A stretch of DNA of 53,262 bases, the filler included, from Catajapyx aquilonaris (Eukaryota), in assembly GCA_000934665.2 (NCBI GenBank). It is 2 parts of 2 records of this genome, joined end to end, with 100 filler letters (N's around TTAATTAATTAA, not from the genome) between each part and the next. Parts side by side here need not be neighbours in the genome. Positions count along the whole stretch, not along the records: positions 1 to 26,629 come from KZ539302.1; 1 more part is not named here. One strand, 5' to 3'. Both the position numbers and the translations under genes were made by a program. Positions within the stretch are counted from its first letter, which is position 1. Each line of letters starts with the position of its first letter. The notes beneath the pieces are model-generated. The model had not been told where the DNA came from. It searched no databases and worked only from the letters and a program-made list of their open reading frames with translations. This document shows positions 12,529-23,257 of this stretch, one piece after another.

Positions 12529-14467
12529 TATTTTACTATGAACTGCAGATACTGTTTGATGTGCAATAGTGTACATGTCATACTGTTCTGAGTTATTCTT
12601 TGGAAAACTGGTGCCAACTTAATGAATAATTGGGTGAACATTTAAAAATATAAATTAACTGTCAATAACACAATCAGGTCAAAAAGTTATACAGTAAATA
12701 ATAATATTCCTCTGACTACTTTTCTGACTGTAGCGATTATGATACATGATTACATCCCCTTCTCCTTCACAAGTGTGCCATGGTGAGCTCCACACCAGTC
12801 CAGAATGTACTTGACCTACCAGGGAGAAGGCTTGGCATGATGCATGTTGCTAATAATATTATTAGTAGCAATTTTTCTAAACATCAGACGGCCAGGATGC
12901 ACATCAAGAACTCACTCCGAGACTTGTATTTCCAGCTACACATTACAAGAATGTCTGCAGTAGCAATCAACCTAGACAGAATAAAATGCAGTCATCAGAC
13001 ACCTTGCCCTTTGAGCAGAATTTCTGTCAGATGATGACACCCAATTCACTGGAACAAAACCTCACAATGAGACAACCAAAGCAACCACTGTAAAACAGCC
13101 AGTGCAAGGAAGAGTACTTTTTCAATCAACTATTTATTCACCGGTCAGTAAGCACTTGTTAAGATGTAGGGTACTGTTCCCAGCACACAGCCGCAACACT
13201 AAGAAGCATACATCAACATGCTAAACTCAAAGCCAGAAAGACGAGATAATATGCATCACACACTTACTGGTTTTTTGCCCCAAGAAGCAGCATTTAAAAA
13301 ATATCTTTCCATGATTATGACAAAAAATTGGCAAAATTGCTCATGAAAATAGAGTATACAGATGATGCTTAGTTAGGAAGTAGAATCATTCACTGACAAT
13401 TGTACGAGTAAATGAAACCATGCACAAAGCCACAATTAATAGTGTAGAGTATATTTGCATTAACCTTCTCACATATGATTGTAGTATGCTCAAAAAGAGA
13501 GAACAGTCTGGCTATATTTTGTGAAGTCAGAGGCAAGTGTAAAAGGCAGCCAATTAATTACAAATAAACAACCTTATTCCAGGATTTGCAACAGTGGGCA
13601 TAATAAATTATGATGTGATCCTATTTCCACAAATATTACATGTAGAAATGTAATTTAATAGACAAGACACTGATTACAAGAGATAAATATAATTCAGGAT
13701 GTGTACTCAGACAACAGGAGACCCACAACTCCTATTAGCCTCCTGGATTTACAATAATTAATCAGTGCACCACTCTCTACATTATGGATGAACATTAGTT
13801 GTTAAGGTTAACATAGTTGACATCGTAACAATATAGATGAACAGAGGTGTTGGTAGGAAGATAACAGTTGGCAAAGTGACTAGTCACCAGAATCCTAGAA
13901 CAGTAAGCAGGGATAGTGTTAGATTCTCTACTTCCCCTTCCCTATTGACATTACTCATTACATTTACTTCCCAACAAGAAGAACTCAAGTCCTCTTCCCA
14001 GGTTCCTCAGATGGTCGGCAACTCTATTCCAGCTTACTCGTTAGTTCAAGCCTACTCATTCAGCTTTTCCCAGCTCTTTGGCTTTTCCCACCAGAGAAGA
14101 AGCTAATTGGCATTGACAAGTACAATAATAATGCATTACCATGGACTAAAGGAGGACAGCAAAGTAAGACATGAGAATAAAGTGAGACTTAAAAACTTAC
14201 CAACTGTCATGATTGTGCAACATAAAGAAAAGTGTATATTCCGCAGTGTGGTTATCAGATATCAGTATTACCAAGAGTGGTATTACACATGAACAAGCAG
14301 TATTTAAAATGATATTGTCCAGTATTATGAATGTGTATTTTAAACTTACGATGAGAATAAATCTGCCAGGCACTGAAGAAGGCCACTAAACTGTCCTGTT
14401 ATCAGACCATACCGTATAGATGCTAAGCGAAACTGCTAATGCAACACTTATAATGAATGATTACACA

Positions 14468-14664
14468 CTAGACCACAAGACAGTCCTCATCCATGTCCTC
14501 AGTACTTGTTGCCTCAACAGGACCGATAGTTTGGCGCATAAACCTACGGTCCTTGCTGATGGATGCGACAGGATAAGGGGTGTTTCTGTCCTTGAAGTAA
14601 TCGGGCGATGCATGCAGCACTAACTCAAAATACTCCATATCATGTGGCATGTCCTCCTCAGGAC
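14468..14664 (-). CDS. GATAD1: GATAD1-like, last coding exon
   Basis: GPEEDMPHDMEYFELVLHASPDYFKDRNTPYP resembles GATAD1 GPEEDLPRKMEYLEFVCHAPSEYFKSRSSPFP. AG acceptor, TAG stop. Confidence 0.9.
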
Positions 14665-14740
14665 CTGTGCAAATAGTAGAGATGCTATAGTATACAAAAT
14701 ACAAGAAGAAAGTTGTTTTTATTAACAGTAAAACACTCAC

Positions 14741-14927
14741 CTAAAACGTATGTTGAAGGGTCAAAGAACCTTCGATCCGTAGGACTGTTCTGAGTAGGCA
14801 ACAGCCAGGAAAAGACAGCACTTTTTTCCCCATATCGGTCCTGCAAAAAGCCCCTTAGCTGAGCATAATAAATTCCTCCTTCCACGTCAATCAGCGACAC
14901 AATGTCACCAGTGTGATAGCACGTTCC
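14741..14927 (-). CDS. GATAD1: GATAD1-like internal exon (BAH-like region)
   Basis: GTCYHTGDIVSLIDVEGGIYYAQLRGFLQDRYGEKSAVFSWLLPT resembles GVYYQIGDVVSVIDEQDGKPYYAQIRGFIQDQYCEKSAALTWLIPT. AG and GTGAG boundaries, consistent phases. Confidence 0.92.
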
Positions 14928-15019
14928 CTGAAAGACAATGATGAGGCTTTACTATCTTGAGGTACACAATATATTATTAGCCAGTGACACAAGGTGTGCA
15001 TCAGGTTCTGCATACTAAC

Positions 15020-15079
15020 CCAATGGAACATGTAATCAGATGTCACTTCTGTTGCATTGGCTGGAGGAAACTTGGCTGG
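15020..15079 (-). CDS. GATAD1: GATAD1-like internal exon (60 nt)
   Basis: PAKFPPANATEVTSDYMFHW resembles PIKAPESVSTIITAESIFYK. TTTTTTCCAG acceptor, GTTAGT donor, phase 0 at both ends. Confidence 0.85.
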
Positions 15080-15156
15080 CTGGAAAAAAAAGAGAGAAAG
15101 AATCAACAACATTTTCTTGCATTTGAAAATTACAATTGAATAATTTCCACACTCAC

Positions 15157-15888
15157 AGCCTTGTTTTTAAGCAGAGTCCTCCTCCCTATTCCTGTGGCCT
15201 TCCTCCCACCACCTCTGACACATCCTCCACCCCTCCCCTTCCGTGATTCCTCTCTTCCTGTGGCCTTCCTCCCACCACCTCTCACACGTCCTCCACCCCT
15301 CCCCTTCCGTGATTCCTCTCTTTCTGTGGCCTTCCTCCCACCACCTCTGACACGTCCTCCACCCTTCCCCCTCCTCGATTCCTCTCGTCCTCTGGCTCCA
15401 TCAGAAGATGTCTTGCTCGTACTGGGACCTCCTTCTTCTGGTTGCTTCCTCCCACCACCTCTGACATGTCCTCCACCCTTCCCCCTCCTCGATTCCTCTC
15501 GTCCTCTGGCTCCATCAGAAGATGCCTTGCTCGTACTGGGACCTCCTTCTTCTGGTTGCTTCCTCCCACCACCTATGACATGTCCTCCACCCTTCCCCCT
15601 CCTCGATTGTGAGTAGAGTTCAGCGAGGATCCTCACTGCACTCATCTCCCAATCTGACTCCCCATCATCATCCTTGCTCGTACTGGGACCTCCTTCTGGT
15701 TGCTTCCTCACCGCACCCTTCTCACAGTCTGACTCCTCATCATCAGCATCCTCTTTCTCTTGCGAAGAGGGGCAAGTTAAGCAGCGGATCTCTCTCAACT
15801 GAGTCCTCCTCCAGTACCCTGCGTCCTTGGCGTGGCATCTTCCACACTCTGGCTTGAAACCCCTCCACTTGCCTTTGGGTGGTGGGGT
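15157..15888 (-). CDS. GATAD1: GATAD1-like exon: GATA-type C4 finger plus RGG-rich repeat linker
   Basis: GFKPECGRCHAKDAGYWRRTQLREIRCLTC resembles GLKPTCSVCKTTSSSMWKKGAQGEILCHHC. Ends GIGRRTLLKNKA (GATAD1: GKGRRHIFKLKN). TTGCAG acceptor, GTGAGT donor. Confidence 0.85.
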
Positions 15889-15892
15889 CTGC

Positions 15893-15936
15893 AATAATAA
15901 TAATGACGACGCTAACCCAACATAACCCAACATATG

Positions 15937-16005
<69 letters not shown>

Positions 16006-16019
16006 GATAATAATAACAG

Positions 16020-16082
<63 letters not shown>

Positions 16083-16153
16083 CATGATAATAATAACAAT
16101 AACATATGATGATGATGATGATGATGATGATTATTATTATCATAATCATAATA
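15893..16153. repeat. Compound (AAT)n/(GAT)n microsatellite, intronic
   Basis: Visible trinucleotide runs. Confidence 0.95.
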
Positions 16154-17067
16154 ATCTCAGTCTGCCTCCTATACTTGGATGACCCTGCCAGTAGACCAAT
16201 GGCGGTTCTCAAACCGTTGGGCGCGCCCCCCTGGGGAGACGCGAAGGGGTGGCCGGGAGGGGGGGGGGGGGGGGNGGGGGGCGAATCCAAAAATTATGTG
16301 ACTCGAAACAGGCACAAAAATCGCACCGATTAGGTAAGAACTACTTCTCAGAGCTTATAAGCCCTGAGAAGTAGCGTGCAGTTCTAAAAGCCAAATGTGC
16401 AGTTCTGAATAAGGATTTGTGCAGTCAGATAATAGCAGACAAATCTGTTATATCCGGATTCGATCAACTGCCCTTGCACATTGGCACTGCGGGAAATATG
16501 AAGAAACCGATCTTTCTACTTGCTTATAGAGCTTGCCAAATGTAATACATACAGTGACACTTAAAAGAACAAAAGATACAACAAACAAAAACAAGGGCAA
16601 TGTCAGCGACACAATATTGCGAACGGTTAAACATAGTAATAACAGAGGCAAACGAACAAAACATAAATTATTACCATGGGCATATATTGGGCAACGTTAA
16701 ATCAAGATGGTCGGCAAGGTGTGGAATTAGCGCTTGTTTACTCTAATCCCCCCCCCCCTTTCGGGACAACAACCAAATATACATTTTCCCAATGAGGTCA
16801 TAGAGATGTGAATAAAGCAGACGAGAACCCAATGGGGGAAAGCTAATGGGAGGTGGGATTCATTTGAATGTGTTTGGCAGTGTTACAAAACAATATCAGC
16901 GAATTGAAGCAGGTGCGTGGTTTTCAAAAAGAAATAGTAGGCCTACAATATTATATTTATGTATTTGGTGGATCTTTGTCAGTTAATACATTCACGTAAG
17001 ATTGTGTGACCTTGAACAAAAAGTTATTTTTTCCGCATGTGGCTGGCTTATTGCGTTTGGGGAAGAC

Positions 17068-17071
<4 letters not shown>

Positions 17072-17120
<49 letters not shown>

Positions 17121-17342
17121 NNNNNNNNNNNNNNNNNNNNNNNNNNNNNNNNNNNNNNNNNNNNNNNNNNNNNNNNNNNNNNNNNNNNNNNNNNNNNNNN
17201 NNNNNNNNNNNNNNNNNNNNNNNNNNNNNNNNNNNNNNNNNNNNNNNNNNNNNNNNNNNNNNNNNNNNNNNNNNNNNNNNNNNNNNNNNNNNNNNNNNNN
17301 NNNNNNNNNNNNNNNNNNNNNNNNNNNNNNNNNNNNNNNNNN
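17072..17342. other. (GA)n microsatellite running into an assembly gap (N 17121-17342)
   Basis: GA run followed by N characters. Confidence 0.95.
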
Positions 17343-17375
17343 AAAAAAAGGGGGGGGGGGTTATACGTGGCACCA

Positions 17376-18850
17376 CTAGTCAGATATTAACGGGGTTATT
17401 CCAGACCATGTAGGTCCTTAAACCCCGGGCCCCACATAGGGCCTATATCATCACTCTAAGTCCCTTTCATCGTGGTCCACCAGGGGCGGACCATCCGTTC
17501 GCTTCCGAATCGAACCCAAGCCGTCATAGGGTCGAGACTCGACCATCGGGACGACACCCAGAGGAGCCGCCCGTCCCACGATCGAGTCCCAAACCCGTAA
17601 GGTCCGGAGCTCGCCCCAATCCCGTCCGACAGGCCTCTCGACTTCTGCCTGGTCACCCAGGCCTCCGTCGAGCCCCAAAGGGAAAGGTCCCGTCAGAGAA
17701 ATCGGGGCCCGCTCCGGACCGACCCCCGTCATGTCCCACCTGTGGGACCCCACTCACCCCAGCCGTACTCTATCATCTCTGTGTCTCACTCCTCCTCCGA
17801 CTCCATCCCCGGCTCCGACCCGCGTAGCTTTCATTGTCCCCGGCGTTCCCCGCGACGACCTCCGCCTCGACCACCGACTACACCCACTCTGCCGTCGGTG
17901 ACGCTCGCCAATTGTCGAATGACTGCCAGGCAGAACCTTTTATAATATATTGATATACGAGTATTTAAGGAGGTTGGCCCAGCATTGCCTTTCAACCTCC
18001 AAGGATAGGGAAGGAAGGAAGCGGCTGTGGCCTATTATACGACGGAAGCAACCCCGGAATTATCCTAGAAAGACCGTGGAAAACCACAGAAAACCACGGT
18101 CAAGGTTGCCGGCCCCGGGATTCGAACCCAGGACCTCCCGATTAGCCAGGCAGAACCTGTTGAACTCGTGGGGCAGACAAGACAACAGCACCTCCCCGGA
18201 GCAAGGCCAGCCGCACCCGCTGCAGACTGCGTCCCTCAAAAGGGCCGCCCACGCCTGCTCCACCTCCGGTAGCAGACAGTCCAGCAGGACGTGCGATGCG
18301 TCCTGACTCCCCTCACCGCACGGGCATGCGCCGCACCCGTCCGACAGCAGATGAAACCTCTCCAAGTAGGCCCGGAAGGGGCCGTGGTTCACAAGGATCT
18401 GGGCGACGTGTCCTCTCCAGGTCCGGCCGACGACCACGTTCGGGAGCAACTCCCTCGTCCACGTACTACCTTCCCGCTCCCATTCCTCCTGCCAAAGCCG
18501 AATGCCCTCCAGATGTCAATGTGTAGCGATGTTTCGTTGGTGCTCTCCCAAATAGAGGTGGCCAGTCTGCCGCTCCGTCGCCGCTTTAGCCGCCTGGTCC
18601 GCCAACTCGTTGCCGAGTGTGCCGACATGCGCACGGACCCAGCCCAGGCGGACATGAGAGCCCCGGGGACCCCGCAGCGCACCCTGAGCGCGAGCCACCG
18701 CCGCGCCGGCTGCGAGGCCCCAGGGCTGGCAATGGCCTGCAGTGCCGAAGCTGAGTCCGAGAAGACCCAGGTACGGACGTCGCCGATCGGTCCGTCCCTA
18801 ACCGCCGCCTCCACCGCTCGCACCACCATCTCCAGCTCAATGTCAAAAAT
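17376..18850 (-). mobile_element. 5'-truncated non-LTR retrotransposon (RNase H plus CCHC knuckle; I/R1/Loa-type group)
   Basis: Frameshifted pieces VFSDSASALQAI, WVRAHVGTLGNELADQAAKAA (RNase H) and NHGPFRAYLERF...CPCG...HVLLDC (CCHC). GC-rich island. GCACCA duplicated at 17370-17375 and 18851-18856. Confidence 0.88.
17939..18144 (-). mobile_element. SINE type B (5'-truncated) inserted in the LINE
   Basis: 14-bp TSD GCCAGGCAGAACCT at 17925-17938 and 18145-18158. Removing it restores the LINE frame FNRFCLAVIRQLAS. Confidence 0.9.
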
Positions 18851-19465
18851 GCACCAACAGATTTCGGTCAAATTCTTCCCATTTTTTATATGTTGTGGGC
18901 AACGATATCCTGGTCATTTTTTGTATTTGGAAAAAAGTCCTAACTATGATAGGTCAAAGGTTATAGGTCAGGGAAATTCGGCAAATCGTTCCCTTCTAAC
19001 CCCCTATAAACAGCGCATCAATGGATAGGTGTCGTGCAGAGGATTCAGAAAAACATATACACCTGACCTCTGTGACCTACAGATCAAAACCTATTGACCT
19101 GTGTGTGAGGTCACACATAAGTATGCCGTGTTATTTGATAACCCAGTCACCCCACTCGTGTCATATATCGATCGATAGGTATATTCAAGAAGGTTAAGAA
19201 AATCATGTTGTGGTTGAGCATAACTAATTTAATATGTGGAATCGTGTCCTTTCAAGTTACAGCAAAAAAAAAAAAAAAAAAAACGCGCGCAGGATTTTTT
19301 TATTCTGTTATTCTATGCGATGTCTTCGGCAAACATGGCTGGAAACATATACTGCCGACGCCTCAAATGTTCATAAGTCGTTTAAACACACAGGTCTTTA
19401 AACACAGCTCAACCACAGTTAGGCCTAATCATCGGCATTTTCCGCTACACATACACTATGCTGTA

Positions 19466-19623
19466 CAGTACTGGCCCATATTAAATCGAGGCAACGACTA
19501 GCGACATTTTCCCGAAGCGGCAGAAGAAGGAATCTTGCTCGCCCGGCTTGTAGCATGCTTATCTTCGATGCCTTCTTCTGCCGCTTCGGGAAAATGTCGC
19601 TAGTCGTTGCCTCGCCAGTACTG
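19466..19623. mobile_element. Small TA-flanked MITE in the left arm of the Academ-like element
   Basis: TA|CAGTACTGGC ... GCCAGTACTG|TA with internal ~45-bp inverted arms. Absent from the mirror arm (about 20405-20420). Confidence 0.85.
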
Positions 19624-20923
19624 TACACTTCAGCTCTCGCCTGATGCAATTACACCTCGATCCGCATGTCGTTTTGCATTTGCATCGGATAAGTTCCAAG
19701 CAAGCTTGTGAAGCAACCGGCATGTTGGTACAGACGGGCACCCAAAAGTTATCTTCCCTTTTCCACCCCCATTCGGACGGACTGGGGAGATCTAGGTGTA
19801 GTTTGAGTGCTTGACCCCATATATGGACGCCCTCGTAGATGGCTCGCAAAATGTGTTGGTGCAGGGGGGAAAAAGAGCGCTATCGAAGCGATCCAGGCAT
19901 TACCTAATGCTACTGATGGATTTAAAGCAGCTGCAGAGGGTAAAATCAACGAAGGCATCCCCATACTACTGAGATTTGTGATAACGCTGTACGACAGGTG
20001 GTTACAAATTATTGTGCTTCCAGGTTGAAGAAAAGGTGACCCCCATGTAATCTAACTTTTCCTCTCTTAGTCAGATCTAATCCCTGCGCAACTGTGAATG
20101 AGTGCAGAAAGTACTTGTTCACGAAGGAAGACAGGCAGCTGGATAATATTCCACCAACCGAAGCGGCCCTGCACCAACACATTTTGAGAGCCATTTACCA
20201 GGGCGTCCATATATGGGGTCAAGCACTCAAACTACACCTAGATCTCCCCAGTCCGTCAGTGTGGGGATGGAAAAGGGAAGATAACTTTTGTTTTGGGTGC
20301 CCGTCTGGACCAACATGCCGGTTACTTCACAAGCTTGTTTGGAACTTATCCGATGCAAATGCAAAGCGACATGCGGATCGAGGTGTAATTGCATCAGGCG
20401 AGAGCTTAAGTGTGCAGCATTGTGTATGTGCAGCGGAAAATGCCGATGAATAGGCCTAACTGTGGATGAGCAGTGTTTAAAGACCTGTGTTTAAACGACT
20501 TATGAACATATTTTGAGGCGTCGGAAGTATGTTTCCAGCCATATTTGCCGAAGACATCGCATAGAATAACAGGAAGAAAAAAAAATCCTGCGCGGCCTTT
20601 TTTTTTTGCTGTAGCTTGAAAGGACACGATTCCACATATTAAATTCGTTATGCTCAACCACAACATGATTTTCTTAACCTCCTTGAATAGACCTATCGAT
20701 AGATATATGGGTGAGTGGGGTGACTGGGTTATCAAATAACACGGCATATAGACTATATAGTCTACTTATGTGTGACCTCACACACAGGTCAATAAGTTTT
20801 GATCTGTAGGTCACAGAGGTCAGGTGTATATGTTTTTCTGAATCCTCTGCACGACACCTATCCATTGATGCGCTGTTTATAGGGGGTTAGAAGGGAACGA
20901 TTTGCCGAATTTCCCTGACATAT

Positions 20924-22452
20924 GAGGAGCTTGCCAGCAAAACCAGTTCAATCCACTCCGGGTCGAAAATAATCTGGACACGCTGGAGGCATATACTTGT
21001 ATGTTCCAGGCAATGCCTTTCTATTGACATGAAGTTGCAAGTGAAACCAGACATTTCCACCGAATGCGAGCCATGGGAAAATTGCCCTTTCAAGCAGACC
21101 CAGCTCTATCCGAAGGTGGTTGCCAAGTAAAAGCAGTTCAATCCAGCAACCAATCAGATAGCGGTCTTGAAGAGAGATATATGGATAATATCGATAATAT
21201 CGGGGGAGTATCGGAATGGTTTAGATGGCACAATTGCTGTTGCTGATGCAAATAAGGGGACTAGAAAACGACAACAACGGTGGGCCAGTGATGAGCGGAA
21301 AAAGAAGGAGGCCAGATACGCAGTCGACCCACAGCTTCCCAGCCCAAAAAAGGTGACCTGCGACCACCTAGCAGGTGTGGCGAACACTGTGTACCAGTGC
21401 TGTGAACTTCTAGGGAGTGACATTGACCAATTTCGGGAAAATCTCTTCCAATATCCTGACAAAATAGGGAGACGGAGTGGCGCCGCGGTAACGCGCGCGC
21501 CCACGGAAGTTAAGGTCCCGGGTTCAATCCCCACCCGGGGTTCCCACCTTCTTTCGTGCAGAGTTGGGCCATCTCTGGCTTCGTTTCGGGTGGCAATTTC
21601 CGACAGACTAAGCCACCCGGGGGAGTTCACAAAATGGCTGTTAGAGACATTGCACATGCACTTTGCACATCCCCTCCTACCTACCCTTGGAACACACTAA
21701 ATACTATCTTAGTATACCAGTTCCTCCCAGATGGTGGTAGTCCACCCCCCTAAAGGAAATGTAACTCCCAATGGGGTAATGCAAAAAAAAAAAAAATATC
21801 CTGACAAAATTCGGCAGGACAACTTCATCCTGATGCACTGCAGTGGCGTTGATGTACGGCGGAGGCGTGCAGATGACCCCAAGCGTTCGCGAGTGTGTCG
21901 TACTACCGAATACAGTGTGGCCAAAATTTCTGGGAGGAAGGTACGCGTGTGCAAAAACACATTCTTGGATATTATCGCAATATTGTCGAGCTGCTGCAAA
22001 CTGCCCATGGGGAAGATTGGGAAACCAATGAGGTGCTGCAAGTTTTTCGAAACCTGGTCACTGTGCCTTCAGAAGATGATGCCGCCAGGAGGCCTTCAGA
22101 TGAGTGTCAATGTGGTGAAGACGATGTGGGAGTATCAATTTAGGTTCCTTTGTCAATTACTTTCATTGTATATTTGTGAAAAATAAAGATAATGCCATGA
22201 TTTTCATACACAATCAGCTCTATCCATGATTTGCACACAAAACCAGTTCTATCCATTTTTAACAATGCCCTACCTCAACAATCACCATACATTGAAGTAA
22301 AACAATTGTGTCTACATAATGGCAACCCCTATAGCATACTGCCCATGACAACTTCACTGCCACTTTTGCCACCAGCATTGAGTAATCACGTATTGGCTCC
22401 TCCTGAAAAATTGCAAATTGTGGATTGAACTGGTTTTGCTGGCAAGCTCCTC
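20924..22452 (+). mobile_element. Internally deleted DNA transposon, Sola-like
   Basis: Perfect 33-bp TIR GAGGAGCTTGCCAGCAAAACCAGTTCAATCCAC, 4-bp TSD ATAT, GAG...CTC termini. Remnant ORF ...DIDQFRENLFQYPDKI/RQDNFILM...VRRRR...YSV...VRVCKNTFLDI. Superfamily is recalled, not searched. Confidence 0.75.
21466..21794 (+). mobile_element. SINE head type A with poly(A) tail, inside the Sola-like ORF
   Basis: 16-bp TSD AATATCCTGACAAAAT at 21450-21465 and 21795-21810. B box GGTTCAATCCC. Confidence 0.92.
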
Positions 22453-22962
22453 ATATAACCTTTGACCATAGTTAGGACTTTTTTCCAAATACAAAAAATG
22501 ACCAGGATGTCGTTGCCCACAACATATAAAAAAATGGAAGAATTTGACTGAAATCTGTTGGTGCCATGTATGACCCCCCCCCCCCCCANGCACCACCCCC
22601 CAACTTGGCAACAACTCGAAATCGGCTCACATAGGTCCAAGTAACACATGTGCCAAGTGGCATGCTTTAATCACAAAGTCAAAGTGCAAGGTACCCCCCA
22701 AAATCGCTCCTTATAACCGTCCTAATAGAATAATGTATGAATCATTGTGGGTGATTTTTCCTAATTTGCTTTCAATCAAAATAATGCGACACGATATGGC
22801 AACCCCGCCTGCCCAATGTGGCTACACTATACATGAGCCGAAATGCAATCAACACGTAATTGTGAAGCAGTGTGATGCAATAAGCCAGACCCCGACGGTG
22901 TCCAACTGACTAAGTCATGCTTTGCACCGACCAAGTGTAAGTCCCCGTTGTCCTGTACTCAC

Positions 22963-23040
22963 CTCCAGAGATGACTCCGATGATAAGGAAGAGGAAGGAG
23001 AGAGAGGCTCTTCCCTTACGTTTGCAACGAAGTCGTCCAT
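22963..23040 (-). CDS. GATAD1: Putative first coding exon of the GATAD1-like gene (MDDFVANVREEPLSPSSSLSSESSLE)
   Basis: CCAAGATGG start context, 26 codons, GAG|GTGAGT phase-0 donor matching the phase-0 acceptor at 15888. The link between exons is inferred. Confidence 0.55.
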
Positions 23041-23152
23041 CTTGGTCTGTGGGGAAATGGGGAAGGAGGAGGGTCCTCAAGATAGGGGGACCAATCAGAA
23101 GACACGAGCTCTAACATGGCTCCACTCTGATCTGGATCAAGCCGGGCACGGA

Positions 23153-23257
23153 CACGGATCAAGCAATCAAATCAAATCAAATCAAATCAATCAAATCAAA
23201 TCAAGCAATCAATCAAATACGGATCAAGCCGGGCACGGACGTGAGCCGGGATCAAGC
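23153..23257. repeat. GGATCAAGCCGGGCACGGAC direct repeats around an (AATCA)n microsatellite
   Basis: Directly visible in the sequence. Confidence 0.8.

Larger units (their letters stand above)
17343..22724. mobile_element. Academ-like (AcademX-type) foldback DNA transposon remnant carrying nested insertions; left end lost in the gap
   Basis: Inverted arms: 17350-17375 plus 18851-19858 mirror 20177-20919 plus 22453 to about 22580. Internal remnant GGKKSAIEAIQALP...RFVITLYD...NIPPTEAALHQHILRAIYQ...LPSPSxWGW...ELIRCKCKxTCGSRCNCIRRELKC resembles an XPG-like C-terminus plus Cys8 finger. Right end near ...CTA 22724 is approximate. Confidence 0.7.

Noticed and set aside
15161..15616. Pro-rich plus-strand ORF
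   Set aside because: It is the antisense shadow of the GATAD1-like repeat exon.
15130..16290. 386-aa ORF as a single-exon protein
   Set aside because: Its first third is translated microsatellite (poly-I/L/Y). Only 15157-15888 is a bounded exon.
16957..17413. ORFs with ER/SL repeats and X runs
   Set aside because: Artefacts of (GA)n plus the N gap.
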